A stretch of DNA of 63,814 bases, filler included, from Licmophora abbreviata (Eukaryota), in NCBI GenBank assembly GCA_900291995.1. It is 16 parts of 16 records of this genome, joined end to end, with 100 filler letters (N's around TTAATTAATTAA, not from the genome) between each part and the next. Parts side by side here need not be neighbours in the genome. Positions count along the whole stretch, not along the records: positions 1 to 17,939 come from OLMU01005303.1; 15 more parts are not named here. One strand, given 5' to 3'. A model generated the notes under the pieces. That model saw only the letters and a list, made by a program, of their open reading frames with translations. It made no database searches and was not told where the DNA came from. A program made the translations under genes and the position numbers. Shown piece after piece: positions 1 through 10,796 of the stretch; position 1 is the first letter of the stretch, and each line of letters begins with the position of its first letter.

Positions 1-505
1 ACTACGACGTGGTCGAAAGCACTTCGCAGCTGCCACACGCCCCCAACTTCATAACTTTGAGATTGAGAATATTCGAAAAATATGGCGCGACAAAGAAATA
101 TAAAATATTCAGTTGTGGTATTTGCAACACAGAGCCGTTATCGGAGCGTTGGCGGCGTACGGCGGACCGGTACGCAAAACTCATCCTGTGATGACAGATC
201 ATACACACCTATACGAATCTATAGGTTTTATAAAATAAGTACTGAAAGGCCCAAAGGTCATTTTAATGATAAGTAATTTGAACCCAAAATGTCAATACTC
301 CGCAATAGGATACCATGACGTGTGTCTGGCCGTCAGTACGAAACCAGTCAAAGGCTCCACGTGTATGGTGCAGGTTTGGCGGGAAATCGAAACTCAAAAT
401 TGATCCGACCTCATTGTTGTTGTCAGTCATGCAGGTATCCATCATCCATTGCATTGTTCTTTTCAGCTCTTTCCTTTCGTATTAGCGATTGAACCTCCTC
501 TCACC

Positions 506-2533
506 ATGTCTTCCGAAGAGCAGCCCGTAGCGCCACCAAAGAAAAAGAAGGATCGCGTCGTCGTCACGCCTCCATGTCCCGCCAAAGTGGCGACTGCCTA
601 TCTTGTCCTGCGCGGCGCTGCCTTGGGCGTCTTGGGTGTCGATTGCAACGACCCGAACGTCTCCGTGTCGCTCCTTCAGCCCACGTACATTAAGGAAAAG
701 CGCAATTGTGGAAAGTTCAGTGTGGCCTTGGGAAAGAAATATGGATGTGGAGCAGTGGCGCTGCCGGAAGAGGAAAGTCGCCAAACGGAGCTCCTGCGTG
801 TCTTGGAATTGGCAGCAAACCGGATTGTCAAGGAAAACCATACTATTCGACTCTACTCTACTACCAAACAACAGGCTCTTGAACAGTATGGAGCTGGTAT
901 CTTGGATGGATCGCACAAGAAGACAAAGGACGAGGATACCTTGACGGTGGCTGTCATTGACAATGTCGTTGTCTGTGTGACGCCTGGTGTGCCTTTCAAC
1001 ACTACAGCTGGCATTTCGCAACTCGTTATTGAAGGAGTTGCTCCAAATGACAAGAACGGCAGTTCTATTGTGTGTGGCAAAAAGGCAAGGCGTGCAGAAA
1101 TCACTTTCAAGTTCAGTGTGCCCGACGAGCCAGTTGGCAGTGGCGCGGTAGCAAACAGTATTGGCGGCACCCTGCCCGATGCGTCCGCTCTATTGCAGCA
1201 AGCGACAGTCCGCATGCCGGAAGGACAAGAGTGGCTGACGCAGTTTCAACAGCAGCAACAAGAAGAAGCTACAAGACTTCAGCTCGAACGAGCCACGTTG
1301 GAGGATGCTGCAGACGCTGCAGCTCGAGGAGACGAAGAAATGGTGGTGAATGCCTTTGAGGTCAAGGGCAAGATTGACTACGACAAGCTCGTCGACAAGT
1401 TTGGCTCCAAGTTGATTACCGACGATTTGCTGCAGCGTCTACAGAAGCATGCTCGTGTTCCCACCCTGCATCGCTTTTTGCGCCGCCAAATTTTCTTTTC
1501 GCATCGCGATTTGGATGGCATATTGGACTGTTTGGATCAAGAGATTCCCATGTATCTGTATACGGGGCGGGGGCCGTCATCCTCGAGTATGCATTTAGGA
1601 CATTTGATTCCATTTCTGTTTACAAAATGGTTGCAGGACGCGTTGGATATACCGTTGGTGATACAAATGACGGATGACGAGAAGTTCTTGTTCAAGGGCA
1701 TCTACACGGAAGAAGACGGTGACAATCTCGATCACTTTGCCGCTTTGACCATGGAGAATGCACGAGATATCCTGGCGTGTGGCTTTAATCCCGACAAGAC
1801 GTTCATCTTTTCGGATTTGGATTACGTCGGAACCATGTACCCCAACATTGTGCGTATTTGGAAAGCTGTCACTACCAATACCGTCAATGGCATCTTTGGA
1901 TTTGACGGAACGAGTAATATTGGCAAGGTGGCATTTCCAGCCATTCAAGCCGCGCCTTCGTTTGCGTCGAGCTTTCCAACTGTCTTGGATGCAGGACGGG
2001 ATTCGAAGATGGCGTGTTTGATTCCATGTGCGATTGATCAAGATCCATACTTCCGTATGACGCGCGATGTGGCGCGCAAGTTGGTAACCACGAACCACAA
2101 GTTGGGAGGCAAACCGGCCTTGATTCACTCCAAGTTCTTTCCGCCTCTGCAGGGTGCGACGGGAAAGATGAGTTCGTCGGATACTAATAGTGCCATCTTT
2201 TTGACAGATACACCGGATGAAATCAAGGACAAGATCAATCACTTTGCTTTCTCGGGAGGGCAGGAAACGAAAAAGCTGCAGGAAGAGCTGGGTGCAGATT
2301 TGGAAGTGGATGTGGCCTACCAGTGGTTGCGATTCTTTCTGGAGGACGACGAGGAGCTGGAGAGGATTGGCGAAGAGTACGGAGCAGGAAAAGGAGAGTT
2401 CTGGAGCACCAACAAGGTGAAGGAACGTCTCATAGCCTTGTTGCAAGAGCTAGTGGCGGAGCACCAGGAACGTCGGGCCAAGGTGACGGACGAAGAAGTG
2501 CGAAAGTGGATGTCACAGCGATGTATTCTATGA
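506..2533 (+). CDS. WARS: Cytosolic (eukaryote/archaeal-type) tryptophanyl-tRNA synthetase with N-terminal AlaX-like extension
   Basis: Motifs IDYDKLVDKFG, YLYTGRGPSS, HIGH-like MHLGH, QMTDDEK, AIDQDPYFR and KMSSS. First ATG at 506, no introns. Confidence 0.97.
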   Translation: MSSEEQPVAPPKKKKDRVVVTPPCPAKVATAYLVLRGAALGVLGVDCNDPNVSVSLLQPTYIKEKRNCGKFSVALGKKYGCGAVALPEEESRQTELLRVLELAANRIVKENHTIRLYSTTKQQALEQYGAGILDGSHKKTKDEDTLTVAVIDNVVVCVTPGVPFNTTAGISQLVIEGVAPNDKNGSSIVCGKKARRAEITFKFSVPDEPVGSGAVANSIGGTLPDASALLQQATVRMPEGQEWLTQFQQQQQEEATRLQLERATLEDAADAAARGDEEMVVNAFEVKGKIDYDKLVDKFGSKLITDDLLQRLQKHARVPTLHRFLRRQIFFSHRDLDGILDCLDQEIPMYLYTGRGPSSSSMHLGHLIPFLFTKWLQDALDIPLVIQMTDDEKFLFKGIYTEEDGDNLDHFAALTMENARDILACGFNPDKTFIFSDLDYVGTMYPNIVRIWKAVTTNTVNGIFGFDGTSNIGKVAFPAIQAAPSFASSFPTVLDAGRDSKMACLIPCAIDQDPYFRMTRDVARKLVTTNHKLGGKPALIHSKFFPPLQGATGKMSSSDTNSAIFLTDTPDEIKDKINHFAFSGGQETKKLQEELGADLEVDVAYQWLRFFLEDDEELERIGEEYGAGKGEFWSTNKVKERLIALLQELVAEHQERRAKVTDEEVRKWMSQRCIL

Positions 2534-2667
2534 GCGAGGGGCTGACGCCAATATTGAGATGTGGTCCTCGATCAGCCAACCGTCTACTTGTATTGCTGTA
2601 GATCTTCTACTTTTATACCAAATGCAGGGCTAGCTCAGCCTGGCGTCATTCTGTTTGACGGAACGGA

Positions 2668-5250
2668 TTACCGCGATGGCGACAGCGGTGAGTCGTCGAC
2701 TCTAGAAACATCGCGATGCAAGCGGACTCTCCCATGCTCCACGTTGTAAACGACACGATCTGACCACATGATATCTATCGGACCTTTCCACAAGTCACCG
2801 ATTTCTCTCCATCCAACCCAGAACAGTGTTCCCAAACAGGCCGGCACAATGTATAGCAATGCCGGTTGGCCCCGCTCCATCCACATTACCGCCAGGAGCG
2901 CCATGAGCAAACCAATTGCATAAGCCATGGTGAGTGGTACCAGGAAACCTTCAAACCACCTTTTGGGATCGTTGGCGACGAAGAGATCTGTGTGTCGCAT
3001 GATCAACCGTTTGGCATCGTCGAGCCGCGCACCAAAGCTCAAGAGAAGCCCGGGAAGAATGACGTCTCCCAATCCCAGCAAGTTTGCGCCTCCTCGATAA
3101 TCGTTGATCTTTGGACAAATGAACAGGAGCGGTAAGGGATCATTCCCTTCGCAGCCTTTCCATTTGGGGTACTTGTCGCAGATCGTCGATTCAACGCCGT
3201 CGCTCTCCGGCCGGCCACCTCCCGTCGCTACCTCCACCATAATGCTATCCCCATCAAAGAGGTAGGGTGTTATGAAAACGAAGAAGATGTCATAGACAAA
3301 CACCACCAGCATCAAGGCGGTCGCTACCTTGATGGAGTTGAGCCGAATCAACTGAAGGAAAGAGATCGTTAGACAGGCTCCCATGACGTTCTGGGAGACC
3401 CAGTAGAACGGATTCCTAATCGGCTCCGGGACCGTAAAGAAGACGTAGATCCATGCCGCACAGTGAGAATAAGCCAATGCAATTGCCAATAGATCCACTA
3501 CAGACAGGCACCCCCTTCGAACCGGTCGCTCCCACCAATGCCGTGCATCTACTCTAGTAGTCGACAATGTAGCCGACGAAGTGTTCGAGTTGTCAGGCTC
3601 TAACAACTTTCCGTTCCACAACTTGGATGCTCCCCGAAACGCTATTACCAGCAATGGTTTTATCAACACTTGTGAAACAGCCCCGGCACATCCAATACCA
3701 TATAGAACCGTCACGGCATCATAGAATTTGAAATAGAAGAGCAACAGTAGCCAGGCCGATGCTACAACGACAAAGGCTACAACATGCCACACGGTTATTT
3801 CCAACGTCTCGGGATTGGCACCGACGGTGGTGGTAGTTGTATTGGTGACAGTGTTGGTGCGAGTTGAGACCGTTGCTGACGTACGGGACCACAATCGCAA
3901 TGACATACACATTGATGAGAGTCGACCTCGTTGCGGAGACGAGTGAGGTGCCCGCGACGAAAACGGCTCGTCTTGTCGTTCTTGGTTTAGCTCTTGTCGA
4001 TGCGACCGACAACCGCCGACATCCATTTCCGGAGGATCCACTCCTGTGTCAATCATGTCAAGGGGCTCCTGCTGCCCTGTAGGCCGTGTCTGTTGTTCCC
4101 CGTCTTGCTGCTGCAATGTACCTAGTGGTCTTTCTTCGTCTACCGACGGTTGATGGGACTGCTGTTGTTGTTCATTGAACTCCCTCAGACCCGTCGTTCG
4201 AGGCGGCAATCGTTCAAAAGGATCATGGATATCCATTATCTCTCCGGTACACAGAAATCGTAGATTCTGGAGTTTGTTGTGCATTCGTCGGTAGTCCCTG
4301 GCACTCCACCAAGAGGCACCCGATGTGAGAATCGTGGCAAGCAACCACAGCAGTATGGCACTCGCATTCATGCGAGGATAGGAGCGATGCGACAGTGTGA
4401 CGTGGAGGAATTCATTCTCGTCACTCACAGTCTCTAGTGCCTCTATTAGCTCATCCCCCTGTTGCATGGTGACAAAGATTGCTACAAAGCTGTCCGAAGG
4501 TCGTTCCAGACTGGGTAGCGTCGCATCGCCCCCCATTTCATTGGGCACATCCCAGGCGCAACAGGCGAATTGAGTCAGATTAATGACTAGACAACGTCTG
4601 GAGTCACAGTCCTGTGGTGTCGGTAATAGACACACATTCGTAGGACTATCCAATCGCAGCAATGGATCGTGGACGGTTCCATTGTATCGATCCCCCATGA
4701 AGAACGTGTCGTTAGATATCAGCGCCATTCCTCCGTTGTCGCATTCATAGTCAAGCATGGGGCGAGGGTACTTCATGGTTTCTGCCGCTTCGCTCCATGG
4801 GTAACGAGATTCCAGAGTATTGTACAGAAGCATTCCAGTCGCCCCATAGAGACGTTCGGCTATTCCCGCTTTGCGTTCAAACGTGCAGTTACCACGTGGG
4901 ACCAAGAAGATCGTGCCATCGTCTGGCGTATCCTTGAATCCATTGAACGTCGCATTGTTGCACAGAAAAGGATTGCCAGCTGGCGTATGCCTCAGAGTTC
5001 CAGATTCCGTGGTGGGTTCCAATGAGAAGGTTGCCACGGGAGCGTAGAACTTGGAACGACCCACGGTGATGCTTGACGACGATGATTCCACTAGTACTCG
5101 TCGTTCGAGCTCGACTATCCCATCGAGTGTCACAGCAGTGACACGCAACGGCCAACCTGCTTCTAACAGGAAGAGATAAGTGATGCACTGTAGCAGTGGT
5201 CTTCGATTGATTCTTCTTTGTAATCTCATTGTCATCCTAACGTGTGACAT
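2668..5250 (-). CDS. Signal peptide peptidase-like (SPPL2-type, A22B) intramembrane aspartyl protease with luminal PA domain
   Basis: Catalytic YD (VYDIFFVF), GxGD (LGLGDVILPG) and QPALLY motifs. PA-domain motif VPRGNCTFERKA. Hydrophobic N-terminal leader and several TM segments. Start at 5250, 5235 or 5229. Confidence 0.93.
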   Translation of the reverse strand: MSHVRMTMRLQRRINRRPLLQCITYLFLLEAGWPLRVTAVTLDGIVELERRVLVESSSSSITVGRSKFYAPVATFSLEPTTESGTLRHTPAGNPFLCNNATFNGFKDTPDDGTIFLVPRGNCTFERKAGIAERLYGATGMLLYNTLESRYPWSEAAETMKYPRPMLDYECDNGGMALISNDTFFMGDRYNGTVHDPLLRLDSPTNVCLLPTPQDCDSRRCLVINLTQFACCAWDVPNEMGGDATLPSLERPSDSFVAIFVTMQQGDELIEALETVSDENEFLHVTLSHRSYPRMNASAILLWLLATILTSGASWWSARDYRRMHNKLQNLRFLCTGEIMDIHDPFERLPPRTTGLREFNEQQQQSHQPSVDEERPLGTLQQQDGEQQTRPTGQQEPLDMIDTGVDPPEMDVGGCRSHRQELNQERQDEPFSSRAPHSSPQRGRLSSMCMSLRLWSRTSATVSTRTNTVTNTTTTTVGANPETLEITVWHVVAFVVVASAWLLLLFYFKFYDAVTVLYGIGCAGAVSQVLIKPLLVIAFRGASKLWNGKLLEPDNSNTSSATLSTTRVDARHWWERPVRRGCLSVVDLLAIALAYSHCAAWIYVFFTVPEPIRNPFYWVSQNVMGACLTISFLQLIRLNSIKVATALMLVVFVYDIFFVFITPYLFDGDSIMVEVATGGGRPESDGVESTICDKYPKWKGCEGNDPLPLLFICPKINDYRGGANLLGLGDVILPGLLLSFGARLDDAKRLIMRHTDLFVANDPKRWFEGFLVPLTMAYAIGLLMALLAVMWMERGQPALLYIVPACLGTLFWVGWREIGDLWKGPIDIMWSDRVVYNVEHGRVRLHRDVSRVDDSPLSPSR

Positions 5251-5566
5251 GACAAAATGAGATCGCGGTTCGCGTTTCAAATCGTGGCGGGAAAACTAAT
5301 CCAAAAAATGTCATGATATTATCGACTCGAGGCTCTCGGCATAGCACAGATTCGCTATCTTTTGCCAATCGTTGCGATCATCAGTAAAGGCAACCCGCTA
5401 ACTTGCAAACGATGATGACGATGGTGGTGGTGGTTAACATACGCTTAGTACATGGAATGAAGAACATAGTTGCGTCTCAAAATTGCAGAAGACTCGAGGT
5501 TCCTCTACGGGAAGCAAGCTCATCGTATCACACGCCACGTAATGTCCGAGTCAATGCTCCTTCATT

Positions 5567-6345
5567 CTAACGGAAACGATTACGACGCTTGGCCGCAATA
5601 CCTCTCATCCCACCCGCCGTGGCTCCTGTGGCAGCTCCAATCTTGGCACCTTTTCCAGCATCTCCGGCAACGGCGCCGGCCTGCAAGGAAGGGAACAGTA
5701 TGCGATCATGTATGCGTGAGAGAAGCACTTGGTATTGTTTGAGAAAGACAAGGAACATCGATCGACAAGACAAGAACGTACCACAGCTCCTAGGACTGCA
5801 CCTCTGGCAGCACCACCTATTATTAGTAGGATCGATGGAAATTCAACAAATCGCGACGCCATTAGACGACAGACTGCGACGACACACACAATGCACAGTA
5901 CTACGGTCCTGCTACTACCACCTGCCGCACCACGAGCAACCTCGTGCTCATTCTTTTTCTTGGGCGCCGGAGCAGGCGCTGGCGCTTCCTTGGGCTTTTC
6001 TTCTTCCTCCTTCTTGGGCTTGAGCTTTTCCAGTTCTGCTTTCAAATCTGCATTTTCCTTTTCTAACTTTTCATTTTCCTCCTCGAGTTCTTGAAGGTGT
6101 TTGTTGTCACCACCACCATCTTCTGCGGCTAGTTCTTTACTAAATTCCAATTTTTGCAAAACTTTCTTGCTCTGCAAATTGGTCAATCCCAAATCTTCTC
6201 GCAGCTCGTCGCTCGTGAGAGTGACTAGCATGTTGCCGTCGACGGCATTCTCTCGAAAGGCTTCCGTCTTGCTTCCCAAGCCAAGACACATGAGCCATAG
6301 ACAGACTTCGTCCGTGTCAAAGTCTTCGGGGGATTTGGAGGCCAT
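5567..6345 (-). CDS. SAM domain + coiled coil + C-terminal glycine-zipper protein (3 exons)
   Basis: SAM-like segment EVCLWLMCLGL..FRENAVDGNMLVTLTSDELREDLGL. GT-AG introns at about 5918(or 5921)-5817 and 5781-5681 join in frame to give GAAGGAARGAVLGAVAGAVAGDAGKGAKIGAATGATAGG. Confidence 0.8.
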
Positions 6346-7401
6346 GGCGGAAGAAGGTGAAAAGGAAAGGCGGCAATCAATGGTGGATGAACGCGTAGAC
6401 TACGAATATAAGCAACGGGAGATTGTTTTTTGTTTTTGGTATGAAGCCGAAAGATCTACGTAGTATCATAGATCTGGTATACATACTTGAATGGATCATG
6501 TCAGTAGAAAGATTGGCCTGTTGCATGTCAGACCGATTTAATTATTACAGTTCGGTCCTACTTAACACTGAGTGTTCACGGCGACATTCAGAGTGTCGTA
6601 AGCGTTAAATCTTTTGTATAAAAGATCTATTCATGACGTAAAAATGCAATTTGTGAATTCGCATTCCACCGTTCTCGCAAGCTGTTCTGCTCCTGTTGAA
6701 AGACACCACCACACACACAATGAACGGACAGGACAGCATCACTTTCGTTTGATTACATTTCACAACAACGACGACGACTTCTTCTAAAACAAAGCCACCA
6801 AGGCGTCTAAACAGCACCTTCAGTATGTCTGATATACTGGGGGACTTTGGAGGGAGCCCAGGACTGGAGGTAAGAAGAAACGAGGCGAACTGAACCGATG
6901 CTCCACGGAGCTCCGAGGGTGTCAAGTCTTGGAATGTCTTTTTCCGTTTTTGCCTTAAAATCTGCCTTCCTCGAGTACCTGAATGCATGCATGATGACTA
7001 TACGAGTATACTGCTATTGAAGAGAGCAGGGGGGCGCTCTGACGAAGCGTCGAAACGAACCGCTCGAGATTCCATATCGCCATGGTGGCATGGATCCAGC
7101 GCACAAGGAAGAGCCTACTTCCGCCCTGTATGCGACCTTTTTACTTAGGCCCGTTCGCCATCTTGCGTATCATCTGTTTATTGTCTTCACGTTCTACGGG
7201 TGGTCTTGGTACTGAAATGTCTTTATGTCGCAGGAGTGTCACATCGACACGTTCCATCTGCTCCATTCATTTTGGCACCAAATCAATTCATAGACAAGGC
7301 ATCAATCGTGACTTCTTTTCAATTTGATCCCATTCAAGTTTTGTTCTCACTCTTGCTGCTACTCTGCTGTCTTTCTATTCTACTTTCTCTACATTCTACC
7401 C

Positions 7402-8283
7402 ATGCTGTGGACCGACCTTATCAACGATGACTACTCCTCGCAGAACGACGACGATGACATTGGCGCTTTGGGCTCGATTCTTTCCTGGGACGACGAAGAC
7501 GAGGACGCCGTCGAAGAGTCTGTTGCTGTGACCGCTGCTGCCTTGGACCAACAGCAGCAGCAGCATCAACAGGGATCCGCGGCTCCTATCTCTGCAGGCA
7601 GCATCAATACTGCTAGTATGACTGCCATGGCTGCAGCCTTGAATGCGGCTGCTGCCTCCAACGCCTCGACACCACCGGGTCCATCGACGGCCATGCTTCC
7701 CAATTTCATGAATCTCAAGGATGCGACGGCCTTTTTGCAGCAGCTTTCCAACATGGGACAGCCTTCTCCCATTCTGACGGCACTGTCGGCTTCCAACGCT
7801 GGCATGCTGGCGGCCAATGGAGGTGGGATACCTGCCATGACTCTTCCACCGCAGCAGCAACAACAACAATTGGCGGCACGACCGCAACAGCAAATGCCTC
7901 TTGTGCAGCAACAGCAACAAGCATCTCGGAGGCAGTCAATACAAGCGTCACCGCAAACTCCACAGCAGCAGCAGCAGTTGCCGTCCATGCAGCAGCAACA
8001 AAACATGTTGCCTCCGGCAGCTCTGAATGCCGCCAACTTGGCGAGTGCCCAACAGCAGCAGCAACAACAGCTGTTTCGACAGCAGCAATCGCTTGTACCT
8101 GGAATGATACCCGGATATCCGAATATGTTTGGTGGTGGCATGACCATGCCGTTTCCCAATCCTGCGGGGGGTACAAGACCTACAACGGCACAAGGACAGC
8201 AGCAGCAAGCTCTGGCTCAGCAACAACAACAGCAGCAGCAAGCTCTGGCTCAGCAACAACAACAGCAGCAGCATGCTCTGGCT

Positions 8284-8317
<34 letters not shown>

Positions 8318-10005
8318 GTCAACAGCCACAGCAGCAGGCGATGCAACAGGCGAACGCTGCCTTGTTGCGCCAAATGCAGCAAGTCGCCGCACAAATGCAA
8401 CAGCAACAGCAGTTTGGTGGGACGGCGGCTCGACCGGCCGTCGCTGCGCCTCAGCCTACACTACTTGCTGCGGCTCCTCGAAAGCGCAAGGCAGCACCCG
8501 ACACATCTACCGCCGCCACTACGACTACTTCTGCTGCGGCGAGTAGCAACATTGTGTCGTGTAGTGATACCGATGGCGAGAACCACACGGCCAAGCCGCC
8601 GCCTTCCAAGACGGCACGGAAGGAAGCGGATGAGTCCACATCTTCTTTTGCGGCGTCCATGTTACTCGACACGTCCCACATGAGCACCGAAGAAAAGGCC
8701 AGAGCCAATCGGGATCGAAATCGAGAACATGCGCGAAACACCCGATTGCGCAAAAAGGCGTACCTCGAGAAACTCAAGGCCACCGTCGACGAACTCTGTC
8801 GCGAACGCGATACGCTCGTGTCGGAACGGGCCGGTGCTGCCAATTTGCTAGTGGAAATGCACAATACCAGAACCGAAGTGCTCATGTCCTTCTTTGCTCT
8901 ACGATCGGCATACGAAAAGCGACGAGAACTGTGGTCCAGTATACTGGACGAGAGTTGCTTCTCCTGTGATATGCCAGTAACACCGTATCGGTCGTTTCCG
9001 GCGAGTGAAGTTCAGACATCCAAGTGTCAGCGGACGGTGTTGGGGATCGATGCCATGATGGCGGATACGGCGTCGCTGCATGTCTTGTTGAACTCATTGG
9101 TGGATCGGTTGCGCTATCCGACGACCAAGATTGCCTTCCGGTATACGCTCGTGACGGAAGATGCCGTCGTGGCGGGCAATCAAATAATGGCCCGTTGGAT
9201 CATGTCCACAACGAATGCTACAAGATGTGGAGCACGAAGCGAAGTGTCCAAGCAGGGAATGTTGTGTTGCAAGTTTAACAGTGCACACAAGATTATTGGA
9301 CTGGAGCTTATGTTTGATGTAATGGCCTTTATGCTCCAGCTCAAGCAAGCGGCGGGGACGGACGCCTTTGCCGTCGTTCCTAATACGGTACAGACGTGTC
9401 AGCGATCGTTTGATGTACCAATGGTCATGACGCTTGCCGAGCGGCCGTATACGATTGTGCAAGTCAACAAGTTGTGGGAAGACATGGCGGGATTTGCTGC
9501 CGAAGATGTCGTGGGGAAGGCATCATGTCGGATACTCCAAGGACAAGAGACGGATCGAAGTATCCTTAACGATCTCATGTTGGATGTGCGGTACAAGCGA
9601 CCGGCGTGCGCCATGTTGGTCAACTACACGAGAACGGGGAAGCGCTTCCGCAACTATTTGAATGTGTATCCTCTCAGTACCGATTCCAAGATTACTCACT
9701 ACGTCTCACTGACATTGCATGTCGACGTCGTAGACACGGCTGGTGCCGAGACTAGTAGTACCAACAAGGAAGATGTCGCGACCAAGGCGGGCGCTGCCAT
9801 GCCTCATCCGCAGCTTGCGTCCGCGCTGCCTCCTTCGACGGCGTCCAACCAGATGCTTCCACCTCCGGCCACTCCGGAAGCCTTGACGGGTACCGCAGCA
9901 GAGTCCGTGACTGCGTCGTCCTTGTCGGAAAGAAGCTCCGAGACCAAGTCGAGCGACAACGACCAAAAGACAACCTCACCCCTGGCAGCGGCGGCTACGA
10001 TATAG
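7402..10005 (+). CDS. bZIP-PAS transcription factor (poly-Q N-terminus, bZIP, conserved middle domain, LOV-like PAS)
   Basis: Basic region NRDRNREHARNTRLRKKAYLEKL. C-terminal PAS with VVGKASCRILQG and VNYTRTGKRFRNYLNVYPL. True start uncertain; an upstream exon is possible. Confidence 0.9.
8197..8340 (+). repeat. CAG/CAA poly-glutamine tract with three GCTCTGGCTCAG (ALAQ) units
   Basis: Directly visible tandem units inside the bZIP-PAS ORF. Confidence 0.9.
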
Positions 10006-10796
10006 AGCGCGCCTCGGCCCCTTGTACATACCCCAGTCGATTGTGCACGCTATGCGTGTGTGTACGACGAACGACTGGATTTGATATTTATTCAATCATG
10101 CACGATTGCTACAGCATATTCCAGAATGTCTGGAATGTGCAACGACAAAGAGAGAAAAATTTAACATTAAGCATACTGATACTTTAGTCATCCACAATGG
10201 AACTGTACCTAAGGAACTGTCATATATTTCTGGCAACGAGGACAAGGAATGGTAGGAGTCACGGACAAAGCTGATGCGGAGCGCTGCTATGATATTTGTA
10301 TGTACAAACGAAACGGACGCCGTGAGCATCAGGCGCATGGTCGGCCCAGTTCGCGTCGTGTGTCATTCGGCACAGATGGTCTACGTCTCCTACCGGCGTA
10401 CCCCGTTCATTGACGTTGAACTGGAGCCGTTCGGCCCGATGGAACAGGAGGTTGAGTACTTATATTAATGTCTGTATACATAATTATTTATTTTGAGATG
10501 GGCTTCGCAGAAGACTTTTCAGCGAAGGGCATGTCGGCTCATCAGCGACGCGCGCTATCGAAACATGCCGGGAATGGTGCGCACTGTCACATGTTCACAC
10601 GTTGCATATGATATCCAATATCGTAGCGAAGGAGTCTTGCGAGAGGAGTAAGTTGGTCTGGAGTGTTCGTTTCAGTGGATCAGTAGAAAGGCAATTCTTG
10701 TTTTGTGAAGGAACCAAGAGAGCGATTGCTATCATTAGTCTTTAGAGAACGACGAACGGACAAGAAACACAGCGTGGACTAACGAAATCTAGAAGT

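Noticed and set aside
7396..8406. Antisense ORFs rich in poly-Leu, poly-Cys or poly-Ala
   Set aside because: Shadows of the CAG/CAA poly-Q tract.
7402..10005. Calling this gene an aureochrome
   Set aside because: The LOV consensus is imperfect (no GxNCRFLQ, no terminal Gln), and an extra domain separates bZIP and PAS.
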